From: Clostridia bacterium
GTDB lineage: Bacteria > Bacillota > Clostridia > Christensenellales > Aristaeellaceae
Length of the DNA: 64,000 nucleotides
Direction: 5' to 3'
Assembly: GCA_017443295.1 (NCBI GenBank)
Contig: JAFSNT010000230.1
Coordinates: 1,709 to 65,708 of the forward strand
Part shown: one piece after another, positions 50,652-58,674 of the stretch
Position numbering within the stretch: the first letter of the stretch is position 1
Layout: the number at the start of each line of letters is the position of its first letter
Translations under genes and position numbers: made by a program
Notes under the pieces: model-generated
Told to the model about the DNA's origin: nothing
The model's database searches: none
The model's input: only the letters and a program-made list of their open reading frames with translations

Positions 50652-50680
50652 ATTATATGGGATAAGATATATGTTGTCAA
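50652..50680 (-). promoter_or_regulatory. promoter of the 30-aa toxin-like gene
   Basis: On the minus strand: TTGACA, 17 nt, TATAAT. Confidence 0.55.
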
Positions 50681-50711
50681 GAAAGCGCATCCATTGTTGT
50701 GCTGCCGTTTC

Positions 50712-51827
50712 CTACCGGAAAATGTTCAGCACGTCCTTACATGTCATCACGATCATGAAGCCGAACAGCAGCACGTACCCCGCCGTATGTACATAGGCCT
50801 CCACCTTCTGGGGCACGGGCTTGCGGCGGATGGCCTCGATGAGCAGGAACACCAGGCGGCTGCCGTCTAAGCCCGGAATGGGGATCAGGTTGAACAGCCC
50901 CAAATTCACCGAAATCAGCACCAGCAGCTGGCCGTAGGTGATCAAAGCGCTCCCTGCGGATTCCGCGGCGGACTTCTCCGTTTCCTCGGCGATCAGCTTC
51001 ACGATCCCCACCGGGCCGGAGGTTTGATCCAGCCCCGCGCCGGTGGTGACCAGGTTTTTCAATGCCTCGATGATGGCACCCGCCGCCCGCACGCAGTAAT
51101 CCGCGCCCAACTCCACGGCCCGGGGCAGGCTCACGGGGCTATATACCGGCACGTATCCGGGGTTCAGGCTCACGCCCATGAGATAGCGCTTTTCCGTTTC
51201 GCTGAACTTGGGCGCGATCCGCACGGACAGCAGTTCCTCGCCCCTGCGAACCCCCAGCGTCAGCGGTTCCCCGCCCTCCTGATAGGCATTGATCAACACC
51301 GTCAGGTTCCAGGCCTTTCCGTCCTCCGTGACTCCCACGGCGCTCTGGCCGTTCACCGTTTCCAGGCCGTCGCCGGGCAGGATGCCCGCCTGCTCCGCCG
51401 GGCTTCCCGCGTCCACGGTCAGCACCTTCGGCGCGACGAAATACCCGTTATCCTCCCCCACGGCCCCGAACAGCGCCGCCGCCACGATCAGCGCCAGCAC
51501 GAAATTCATGGCGGGACCCATGAAAATGGTCACCATCCGCCGCCACGGGGCGAACTTGCCGATGGAACGGGGGTCTTCCTTCGCTTCCTTGCCCTCCGTA
51601 TCGTCCTCGCCGTAAAACATGCAGTAGCCCCCGGCGGGGATCAACCGCACCGAAAACTGGGTTTCATGCTTTTTCCGCTTCCAGGACAGGAGCTTGGGCC
51701 CCATGCCGATGGAAAACTCCTTCACCGGAATGCCCGTCAGCCGGGCCGCAAAAAAATGCCCCGCCTCGTGTACCGTCACCATCACGCCTAACATCACGAT
51801 GGCGGCCAACACATACAAAATTGTCAT
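50712..51827 (-). CDS. rseP: RIP metalloprotease RseP/RasP (M50, site-2 protease)
   Basis: HEAGHFFAAR zinc motif in TM1, PDZ region, C-terminal ..NLIPIPGLDG... Confidence 0.9.
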   Translation of the reverse strand: MTILYVLAAIVMLGVMVTVHEAGHFFAARLTGIPVKEFSIGMGPKLLSWKRKKHETQFSVRLIPAGGYCMFYGEDDTEGKEAKEDPRSIGKFAPWRRMVTIFMGPAMNFVLALIVAAALFGAVGEDNGYFVAPKVLTVDAGSPAEQAGILPGDGLETVNGQSAVGVTEDGKAWNLTVLINAYQEGGEPLTLGVRRGEELLSVRIAPKFSETEKRYLMGVSLNPGYVPVYSPVSLPRAVELGADYCVRAAGAIIEALKNLVTTGAGLDQTSGPVGIVKLIAEETEKSAAESAGSALITYGQLLVLISVNLGLFNLIPIPGLDGSRLVFLLIEAIRRKPVPQKVEAYVHTAGYVLLFGFMIVMTCKDVLNIFR

Positions 51828-51858
51828 ACAATCTCCTTACTATTCCGAAAAACAGAAG

Positions 51859-52359
51859 CTATCCTTGTCTTTCAATATAATCAAGGGCATATTCAAGCAG
51901 CTCTTTAGAAATCCACCGCTTTGACTGACGCAGTTTTTCGATCGCCGTCCTTACATCCCCCGCGGTGATAATCCCTTCATCATACGCGCCAAGCAGAACG
52001 CCGATAGTGCCCATGATATGAATCCCCATAGATTTTGCCACTCTTCTGCCTGCGCCTTCATCCATGAGCAGCGTGTCCGCTTTATTTTCGTCCGCAAAAA
52101 TGATGGCTTCACTCTCGCCAAGGTTCAACCCTGTAGCGCGCTGTAAAACATCCACCGCACGGGGTTCGCTTACAGCCACCACCTTGATAAACGGGCAGCG
52201 TCTGATTTCTTCCGACTCTTCCTGAAATTCGTGATTCTCCGTCAATTCGGCAAAAACTGCTTCAGGAATCAGGATTTCACCGTACAAGCCTTGCAGCGTA
52301 TGAAGCTGGGAAGCTTTCATCAATGAAATCAGAGGCGTCGTATCAGATACAACGATCAT
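51859..52359 (-). CDS. PIN-like DUF3368 family protein (putative toxin)
   Basis: MIVVSDTTPLISL...ILIPEAVFAEL is the typical DUF3368 start. Low GC. Overlaps the upstream UPF0175 gene by 4 nt. Confidence 0.75.
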   Translation of the reverse strand: MIVVSDTTPLISLMKASQLHTLQGLYGEILIPEAVFAELTENHEFQEESEEIRRCPFIKVVAVSEPRAVDVLQRATGLNLGESEAIIFADENKADTLLMDEGAGRRVAKSMGIHIMGTIGVLLGAYDEGIITAGDVRTAIEKLRQSKRWISKELLEYALDYIERQG

Positions 52360-52637
52360 TCCGCATTCCCTCTCATCCGGTGGAAATCCGCAAGCTCTTC
52401 TTCCAAATCCGATATGGACTGATTCAGATAAGGCAGACCCATCCCACAGTAAAAATCAATCAGATCAAGCTTGTTCACGCCGAGAATGTCCGCCGCTTTA
52501 CCGTGAGAAATCGTCAGATCCTGAATATACGGATAAAGCATCATGGCGTTTCGCTCAAAGGATCGGTCCCGCTCCGTGTCAGATAAATAAGGCACCATTC
52601 CTTTCGGAAGCTTCATCGGTACAGATACCATTTCCAT
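52356..52637 (-). CDS. UPF0175-family protein (putative antitoxin)
   Basis: ORF 52356..52871 trimmed to the ATG at 52637. ..ERNAMMLYPYIQDLTISHGKAADILGVNKLDLIDFY.. is the UPF0175 pattern. Confidence 0.7.
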   Translation of the reverse strand: MEMVSVPMKLPKGMVPYLSDTERDRSFERNAMMLYPYIQDLTISHGKAADILGVNKLDLIDFYCGMGLPYLNQSISDLEEELADFHRMRGNAE

Positions 52638-52690
52638 TTTTACACCGCCTTTCCCTAAGACCTTTTCCGAAATACACATCGAGAAAACAG

Positions 52691-52713
52691 TATATGAACT
52701 CTCAACTCTTAAC
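52691..52713. repeat. truncated heptad hairpin (loop end plus right arm of AGAGTTG flavour only)
   Basis: tatatgaactctcaactcttaac. The reverse complement of the arm, gttaagagttgagagttc, matches the left arm of element D at 17/18. Contains the dxr stop codon. No left arm. Confidence 0.6.
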
Positions 52714-53851
52714 CATTCAGCAGTTTTCTCGCTTCTTCCCTCGCCAGCGCGTCGGCCCGGTCGATATCGTCCAAATCCCGGGCGGGCAGGCCGCCGTGCA
52801 TCTGCAATGTAGCTTCCACGATTTCGGGGATGCGGCCGAAGGGGATTTCTCCCCGCAGGAAGGCGTAGCACGCTTCTTCGTTGGCGGCGTTCAGCACGCA
52901 GCAGGCCGCGCCGCCAGCCCGGAGCGCTTCATACGCCATGCGAATGGCCGGGAATTTTTCCGGGTCGGGCCGCTCGAAGGTCAGTTGACCCAAAGCGAAC
53001 AAATCCAGGGGCTTGCTACCCGTTTCCAGCCGTTCCGGGTACGTCATGGCGTACAGGATGGGCAGCTTCATATCCGGCACGCCCATCTGCGCGATCACCG
53101 CCCCGTCCCTGAATTCCACGGCGGAATGGACGATGCTTTGCGGGTGTACCACCACCTGAATCTGCTCGGGCCGGGCGCTGAACAGCCATTTGGCCTCGAT
53201 GATTTCCAACGCCTTATTGAACATGGACGCCGAATCAATGGTGATTTTCGCGCCCATATTCCAGGTGGGATGGCCCAAGGCCTGCCCCACCGTGGCGGTT
53301 TTGACCCGCTCCCTATCCCACGTGCGGAAAGGCCCGCCGGAGGCCGTCAGCAGGATTTTTTCATACTGGTTCGGCCCCGCCCCCTGCAAACACTGGAAAA
53401 TGGCGCTGTGTTCGCTGTCCACAGGCAATAGTGTGCCCGTCGGGCAGGCGTTCATCACCATTTCTCCCCCGGCCACCAAGGTTTCCTTGTTCGCCAGCAG
53501 CACCCGCTTGCCTGCCTGCCGGGCGGCCATGACGGATTTGAGGCCCACCATGCCCACCACGGCGGCCAGCACGTCCTGCCCCTCGGTTTCCCGCGCAACC
53601 TCCGCCAGGGCCTTTGGCCCGAAGCGGAATTCGCAGAATTTCAGATCGTCGGGTACATCCACCGGCTCCGAAACGCCCGTCAGCGCCGCAAGCCGGGGCC
53701 GGAGCGCCCGCACCTGCTCAAACAGCAGCGCCGCGTTTTTGTGGGCGGTGAGCGCCGTTACAAAAAAGCGGTCGGGATGCAGCCCGATCACTTCAATGGC
53801 CTGTTTGCCGATGGAACCGGTGCTTCCCAAAATGGCGATGCCGCGTTTCAT
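52709..53851 (-). CDS. dxr: 1-deoxy-D-xylulose 5-phosphate reductoisomerase
   Basis: Trimmed to MKRGIAILGSTGSIGKQ at 53851. Dxr motifs throughout. Confidence 0.9.
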   Translation of the reverse strand: MKRGIAILGSTGSIGKQAIEVIGLHPDRFFVTALTAHKNAALLFEQVRALRPRLAALTGVSEPVDVPDDLKFCEFRFGPKALAEVARETEGQDVLAAVVGMVGLKSVMAARQAGKRVLLANKETLVAGGEMVMNACPTGTLLPVDSEHSAIFQCLQGAGPNQYEKILLTASGGPFRTWDRERVKTATVGQALGHPTWNMGAKITIDSASMFNKALEIIEAKWLFSARPEQIQVVVHPQSIVHSAVEFRDGAVIAQMGVPDMKLPILYAMTYPERLETGSKPLDLFALGQLTFERPDPEKFPAIRMAYEALRAGGAACCVLNAANEEACYAFLRGEIPFGRIPEIVEATLQMHGGLPARDLDDIDRADALAREEARKLLNG

Positions 53852-53873
53852 GACCTCACCCATCCCTTTGCCG

Positions 53874-54692
53874 TCACGCCGCGAACCAATGCGCGGCAAA
53901 ATTGTAATACACGTAGATAATGACCGCCGTCCAGTATACGCTGTCCAGCCGGTCCATCATGCCGCCGTGGCCGGGAATAATGTTGCTGAAATCCTTGATG
54001 CCGCAGTGGCGCTTCACCAGAGAAGCAAACAGATCGCCCATCTGCCCGGCCACGCCGCCCAGCAATCCCAGCGCCAGGAAATGCCACAGGGGCGGAATGG
54101 AAGTGAACGCGGAGAAAACGCCCGCCGTCGCCAGCGCCCAGAGCATGCTGCCTCCCAGGCCCGCCACCGCGCCCTCAATGGATTTATTGGGGCTTACCGC
54201 GGGGCACAGCTTCCGCTTGCCGAAATGGCTGCCGATAAAGTAGGCCAGGGTATCCCCGAACAGGGGTACGCCGAAGGCCAGCACCAGCAGCATGGATTGG
54301 TTCAGCTGTCCCGGCGCTTTTTGCAGCCCCAACATGCACATGCCGGGCAGCAGCACGCTCACCAGCGGCAGGCAGGATACGGTGATGTCCTCCAATTTGG
54401 GTTCCTTGCGGAAGATCACCGTCATGGAAATGAGCATGAACGTACCGCCCACCAGCGGCATCATCAGCATTACGCTGCCGTAATAGTGGTACAGGGGAAT
54501 GGACAGGGCGAAGCACAGCCAGCAGGGCCACTGCACGGGATCGTGCCCCGCCTGCACCGTGGCCCGGATCATTTCATAGAAGGATAGGCTGGTGGTGATG
54601 ACGCAGGGCACGGCGAACCACAGCCCGCCGCCCCACAGGGCAAGAAACAGAAAAGCGGTCAAGGCAAGGCCGGTGATCGTTCGCTTAATCAT
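53874..54692 (-). CDS. cdsA: phosphatidate cytidylyltransferase
   Basis: 272-aa multi-TM protein with the C-terminal CTP-transferase signature ..SLVKRHCGIKDFSNIIPGHGGMMDRLDS... Confidence 0.9.
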   Translation of the reverse strand: MIKRTITGLALTAFLFLALWGGGLWFAVPCVITTSLSFYEMIRATVQAGHDPVQWPCWLCFALSIPLYHYYGSVMLMMPLVGGTFMLISMTVIFRKEPKLEDITVSCLPLVSVLLPGMCMLGLQKAPGQLNQSMLLVLAFGVPLFGDTLAYFIGSHFGKRKLCPAVSPNKSIEGAVAGLGGSMLWALATAGVFSAFTSIPPLWHFLALGLLGGVAGQMGDLFASLVKRHCGIKDFSNIIPGHGGMMDRLDSVYWTAVIIYVYYNFAAHWFAA

Positions 54693-55402
54693 GTTTTCCG
54701 TCCTCCAAAACGCCGGTCCCGGCTGCCGAAAGCGGCCAGCGCTTCATGATAGGCGGCCAGATCGAAGTCCGGCCACAGCACCGTGGGAAACACAAACTCC
54801 GCGTAGGCGCACTGGTACAAAAGGAAATTGCTCAGCCGCATTTCCCCGCTGGTGCGGATCAAAAGATCCACATCCGGCAGGCCCCTGGTGTACAGCTCGT
54901 CCGCAAGGGCCTGTTCGGTGATGTCCTCGGGGCGGATTTCCCCCCGGACGGCCTTTTCCGCCAGGATGCGCGCTGCCCGGGCCAGTTCCGCCCGCGCACC
55001 GTAGTTGATGGCGATATTGAGCTTTAAGCCCGTGTTGTTTTTGGTTCGCTCCTCGGCCTTGACCAGCGCCTGGCGCTGCTTTTCCGGCATACCGTCCTTA
55101 TCGCCTAAGATGCGGATGCACACCCGGTTTTCGTCCAGCTCGTCGATTTCCTTGGTAAAATACTCCAGCAGCAGCCCCATCAGCGCTTCCACCTCTTCCG
55201 GGGAGCGCCGCCAGTTTTCCGTGGAAAAGGCGTACAGCGACAGGGCCTCGATGCCGATATCGCTGCTTTCCCGGATGATGGCGCGCAGGGCTTCCACGCC
55301 CTTGCGATGGCCCAAAGCCACCCGCAGGGCGTTCTTCTTGGCCCAGCGCCCGTTGCCGTCCATGATGATGGCTACGTGCCGGGGAAGGGCGGATGTATTC
55401 AT
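54689..55402 (-). CDS. uppS: isoprenyl transferase (undecaprenyl diphosphate synthase)
   Basis: HVAIIMDGNGRWAKK, ..YAFSTENWRR.., ..RTSGEMRLSNFLLYQ... Confidence 0.9.
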   Translation of the reverse strand: MNTSALPRHVAIIMDGNGRWAKKNALRVALGHRKGVEALRAIIRESSDIGIEALSLYAFSTENWRRSPEEVEALMGLLLEYFTKEIDELDENRVCIRILGDKDGMPEKQRQALVKAEERTKNNTGLKLNIAINYGARAELARAARILAEKAVRGEIRPEDITEQALADELYTRGLPDVDLLIRTSGEMRLSNFLLYQCAYAEFVFPTVLWPDFDLAAYHEALAAFGSRDRRFGGRKT

Positions 55403-55608
55403 GCTTCGTTTTTCCTTTCTGGATTTGCGTCAAGGAACCGGGCCGCGATCCATACCCCTTCCCGGCAGGCCACCACCCGCAGGGTGCCCTCCTGCCGCGT
55501 TTGGCCGTCCCGTCGGGGGGCGGCGGTTTCCACAACGCGGGGCGGCGCTTCATCCGGGGAAAGGGAAGAAAGGGCCTCCCCCAGCGGGCGGCCCAAAATA
55601 TTCCGCAT
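55399..55608 (-). CDS. small hypothetical protein (69 aa) translationally coupled between frr and uppS
   Basis: Its ATG overlaps the frr TGA (TGATG) and its TGA overlaps the uppS ATG (ATGA). Third-position GC is high by eye. In the ORF track it is hidden inside the longer out-of-frame ORF 55399..56184. Confidence 0.4.
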   Translation of the reverse strand: MRNILGRPLGEALSSLSPDEAPPRVVETAAPRRDGQTRQEGTLRVVACREGVWIAARFLDANPERKNEA

Positions 55609-56165
55609 CAGACTTCCATGATCTCCTTTTCTTTTTCCGCCGCGATCTTGTCCACGTCCTTGATCTGGGCGTCGGTCAGCTTCTGCAGCTCGTCCTCGGC
55701 CTTGCGCTGATCGTCCTCGGTGATCTGGGAATCCTTCTTGAGCTTCTTGATCTGCTCCATGGCGTCGCGCCGGGTGTTGCGCATGGCCACCTTGGCTTCC
55801 TCCGCGCCCTTGCGAACGACCTTGGTCAGCTCCTTGCGGCGTTCCTCGTTCAGCTCCGGCACCACCAGACGGATCAGCTTGCCGTCGTTGGAGGGGTTCA
55901 TGCCTAAGTCGCTCTTCTGGATGGCCTTTTCCACCAGGGGAATGGCCTTGGGATCCCACAGGGCGATGGTCAGCAGGCGGGGTTCGGGACTGTTGATGTT
56001 GCCCATCTGCTTGAGCGGGGTGGCGGTTCCGTAATAATCCACCACGATGCGATCCAGGATCTGGGGATTGGCGCGGCCCGCCCGCAGGGACAGCATATCC
56101 TTCTGATAGAATTCCTTGGTTTTCACCATTTTTTCCTTGGCGGTGTCGATAACCTTCTTGTACAT
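55608..56165 (-). CDS. frr: ribosome recycling factor
   Basis: 185 aa, ..LRAGRANPQILDRIVVDYYG.. RRF signature. Confidence 0.95.
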   Translation of the reverse strand: MYKKVIDTAKEKMVKTKEFYQKDMLSLRAGRANPQILDRIVVDYYGTATPLKQMGNINSPEPRLLTIALWDPKAIPLVEKAIQKSDLGMNPSNDGKLIRLVVPELNEERRKELTKVVRKGAEEAKVAMRNTRRDAMEQIKKLKKDSQITEDDQRKAEDELQKLTDAQIKDVDKIAAEKEKEIMEV

Positions 56166-56276
56166 ACCCGTTCCTCCTGTTCAATTGATTTGCTGATACT
56201 TATTTTACTCTGTTTTTGCTGATTAAGCAAGCGTTTCCTTGCTGTTTTTGCAATTATGCGGCACAGCTGCAAGAAA

Positions 56277-56385
56277 GTGGGAGGTAGGAGGTAGGAAGTA
56301 GGAGGTTTTATCTTGTTCACAAAAGCGAAAAGCTGCCGTTCTCGACAATAATATACCTCCTACTTCCTACCTCCTACCTCCTACT
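56277..56385. repeat. heptad-arm hairpin element G (GGTAGGA/AGTAGGA flavour, 30-nt arms)
   Basis: Left arm 56277-56306 versus right arm 56356-56385, 29/30. The right arm contains the stop codon of the FMNAT gene. Arms are nearly identical to element F. Confidence 0.9.
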
Positions 56386-56938
56386 TTTTATTCGTCAATT
56401 CTCGCAGCTTAGGGGATAAAGGCCGTCCTAACATTTCTTCCGCCAAAGCGGCATCTCCAGCCAAAATGGCCTTGCGGATAGCGGTGCTGGACACGCGGGT
56501 GCCGTCCAACAGGGCAACCGGCGGGCACACCGTCAGCCCCACGCCCGCTTCCCGGCACAGCGTTTCCAGCTCCTTCACGCCCCAGCCGCCCCGGTAGCCG
56601 AAGCGGTGATCGTCGCCGCAGACCACGTGGCTGGCGTTCAGGCTGCCCAGCACGATGCCGCGGAAAAAAACGTCGCCGGACATGCGGCGCATGTCCTCAT
56701 TGAACGCGCTCACCGCCACCCGGTCCGCCCCCGCCGCTTTGAGCAGCGTTTCCCGCTCGCTTAGGGTGGTCAGGGCAAAATCCTTTTCTCCCGGCGCCCG
56801 GTCAAAGGTGTGGGCGCAAACGATCAGCCCTTTGTCCCGGGCGATGTCCGCCGCCGCCCGCAGCAGCGACAGGTGCCCCTTGTGTACCCCGTCAAAAAAG
56901 CCCAAACATACAACGCTTGGCGCGTTGAGTTCATCCAT
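56381..56938 (-). CDS. FMN adenylyltransferase (FAD synthetase domain only, no riboflavin kinase domain)
   Basis: ORF 56381..57478 trimmed to the ATG at 56938 (AAAGGAGA RBS). GFFDGVHKGH and SSTAIRKAI motifs. Only 185 aa. Confidence 0.75.
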   Translation of the reverse strand: MDELNAPSVVCLGFFDGVHKGHLSLLRAAADIARDKGLIVCAHTFDRAPGEKDFALTTLSERETLLKAAGADRVAVSAFNEDMRRMSGDVFFRGIVLGSLNASHVVCGDDHRFGYRGGWGVKELETLCREAGVGLTVCPPVALLDGTRVSSTAIRKAILAGDAALAEEMLGRPLSPKLRELTNKK

Positions 56939-57127
56939 CGGTATGTCTCCTTTGATGCCGCATTGCTTCCCGCCCGCCGCATCTGGCCATATTCTACCAC
57001 AGTTTTTCAACCCGCGCAACCTGCGCCTTTCGCTTCCAATTGTAACACTTTGCGGCGCGAATTGACTTTTCTCCATCCCTTTCCTATACTGTACGTGCTG
57101 GCACCCGATTACCAAAGAAGGCGTGGG

Positions 57128-57682
57128 ATGGAATTGATACCCCTTGTGTTTCTGCTGATCGAAAACGAGGACGACCGGCTGTTTCTGGAAAACGTATATC
57201 TGCAATACCACAGGCTGATGTACGTGCAGGCCCTGCAAATATTGAAGCAAAGCCAGGCGGCGGAGGACGCGGTGAGCGACAGCCTGCTGGCGCTGATAAA
57301 AAAAATTTCTCTGCTGCGCACTTTTGACTGCAACAAACTGCGCTCCTACGTTGTCATTACTGTCAGGCATACTGCCGTCACCCACCTGAACCGGGGGAAG
57401 CGGGAGCGTCTGCCGGGAGATGCCACCCTGGAGGAAATGGCGGGCACGGCCAAAGTTGACGCCCGTTTGCTTTCCCATGCGGGGGTCGAGGGCATCAAAG
57501 ACGCCATCCGCGCCCTGTCTCCCCGGGAAAAAGACCTGATGCTGATGAAGTATTTCCGGGAGATGACGGAGCAGGAAATCGCCGATGAAATGAGGCTAAA
57601 GCCCGTATCGGTGCGGACGTGCCTGAGCCGGGCACGGAAGCATTTGACCCAATTGCTGAAAGAAAGGGGGGAGAGTATATGA
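57128..57682 (+). CDS. sigma-70 family (ECF-like) RNA polymerase sigma factor
   Basis: Trimmed to the ATG at 57128. Region 2 (..YLQYHRLMYVQALQIL..) and region 4 HTH (..MTEQEIADEMRLKPVSVRTCLSRARKHL..). Confidence 0.8.
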   Translation: MELIPLVFLLIENEDDRLFLENVYLQYHRLMYVQALQILKQSQAAEDAVSDSLLALIKKISLLRTFDCNKLRSYVVITVRHTAVTHLNRGKRERLPGDATLEEMAGTAKVDARLLSHAGVEGIKDAIRALSPREKDLMLMKYFREMTEQEIADEMRLKPVSVRTCLSRARKHLTQLLKERGESI

Positions 57683-58554
57683 AACGCGAGGAAGACTGGC
57701 TGCGGGAAGCCTGCGCCCAATTGGCTCAGGAAGAAACAGCGCAGTTAGAGCAAAATCTCACCCGCGCCGAACTGCTTAAGGCGGAGGAAGCCTACCGCCG
57801 CCACCGGCGGAAGGCCCTTGCCCTGATTCGCCGGAACACGCGGAAGCAGTCCCCCGCCCGGATCATCCTGCGGGCCGCCGCCGTGCTTCTGGTGCTGGCT
57901 GGGGCGGTCTATCTGTCCCTGCGTCAGCCGCCGCCGGATACGGTGCGGCAAACCCATCTTTCCGCCGTCACCGCCGCCCCCTATTATTCCCCCACGCCTT
58001 CACCAAATCCAACCACGAATTTAGAAATTCCCCCCACTCCATCCACAAATTCAGCCGAAATAAGCACAGTAATTCCCACTGAACAGCCACCTTCCTGGCC
58101 TTCTCCCACAGTCATCCCCACTTTGGCGCCCACCGCTGAACCGACGCCCACCCCCGAACCCACCGCGACGCCCTCTCCCGAGCCGACGCCCACTCCGCTT
58201 CCCACGCCCGCGCCCAGCGCCGTTCCTTCCCCGCCTGAGGGCTGGACAGGCACCCTTTTCCCCATGGGCCTGCTGGACGCGGACAAGCCGGATATTTCGT
58301 GGGGCGACGGCTGGCAGCAGGCGGCCTGGGACGGATGGGTATTTACCGAATACACGGACGGCCGGGTGCTGGACGTACCCGAAGACTCCGAAATTTCCTA
58401 CGTCCAATGGGCGGATACGGTGGCCCTGCGGGCGGAAACAGCCGGGGGCGTCACCCTGATCTGGGTGCAGGACGGCCGCAGCCTGCGCCTGTTCACGACT
58501 TCGGGGGACGCGGTGGAAATGGCAAAAACCGTGGTCAGCGTCCCGATCAACTGA
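57679..58554 (+). CDS. putative anti-sigma factor: cytoplasmic N-domain, one TM, Pro/Thr-rich linker, extracytoplasmic C-domain
   Basis: ATGA overlap with the sigma gene. TM IILRAAAVLLVLAGAVYLSL. About 110 aa of PT-rich low complexity. Confidence 0.6.
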   Translation: MKREEDWLREACAQLAQEETAQLEQNLTRAELLKAEEAYRRHRRKALALIRRNTRKQSPARIILRAAAVLLVLAGAVYLSLRQPPPDTVRQTHLSAVTAAPYYSPTPSPNPTTNLEIPPTPSTNSAEISTVIPTEQPPSWPSPTVIPTLAPTAEPTPTPEPTATPSPEPTPTPLPTPAPSAVPSPPEGWTGTLFPMGLLDADKPDISWGDGWQQAAWDGWVFTEYTDGRVLDVPEDSEISYVQWADTVALRAETAGGVTLIWVQDGRSLRLFTTSGDAVEMAKTVVSVPIN

Positions 58555-58674
58555 ACAGCTGCAAACCGTGAAATTTTTTCGCGGAATGAAACAATCGGAA
58601 CATCTCCCATGTCTTTATGGATGAACGCCGCTGAAAAACCGAGGCGGCGGAACCACCGAAAGGAGATGGATTTC

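Noticed and set aside
50431-50796. 121-aa plus-strand ORF starting in the sRNA candidate
   Set aside because: It would have to read through the strong bidirectional terminator, through the opposite promoter and into the 3' end of rseP in antisense. Only its first codons lie in the predicted transcript.
7875-56385. Heptad-repeat elements as a CRISPR array or as protein-coding low complexity
   Set aside because: There is no direct-repeat/spacer organisation. The repeats are 7 nt, tandem, and mirrored as inverted arms. Copies are dispersed singly in intergenic gaps.
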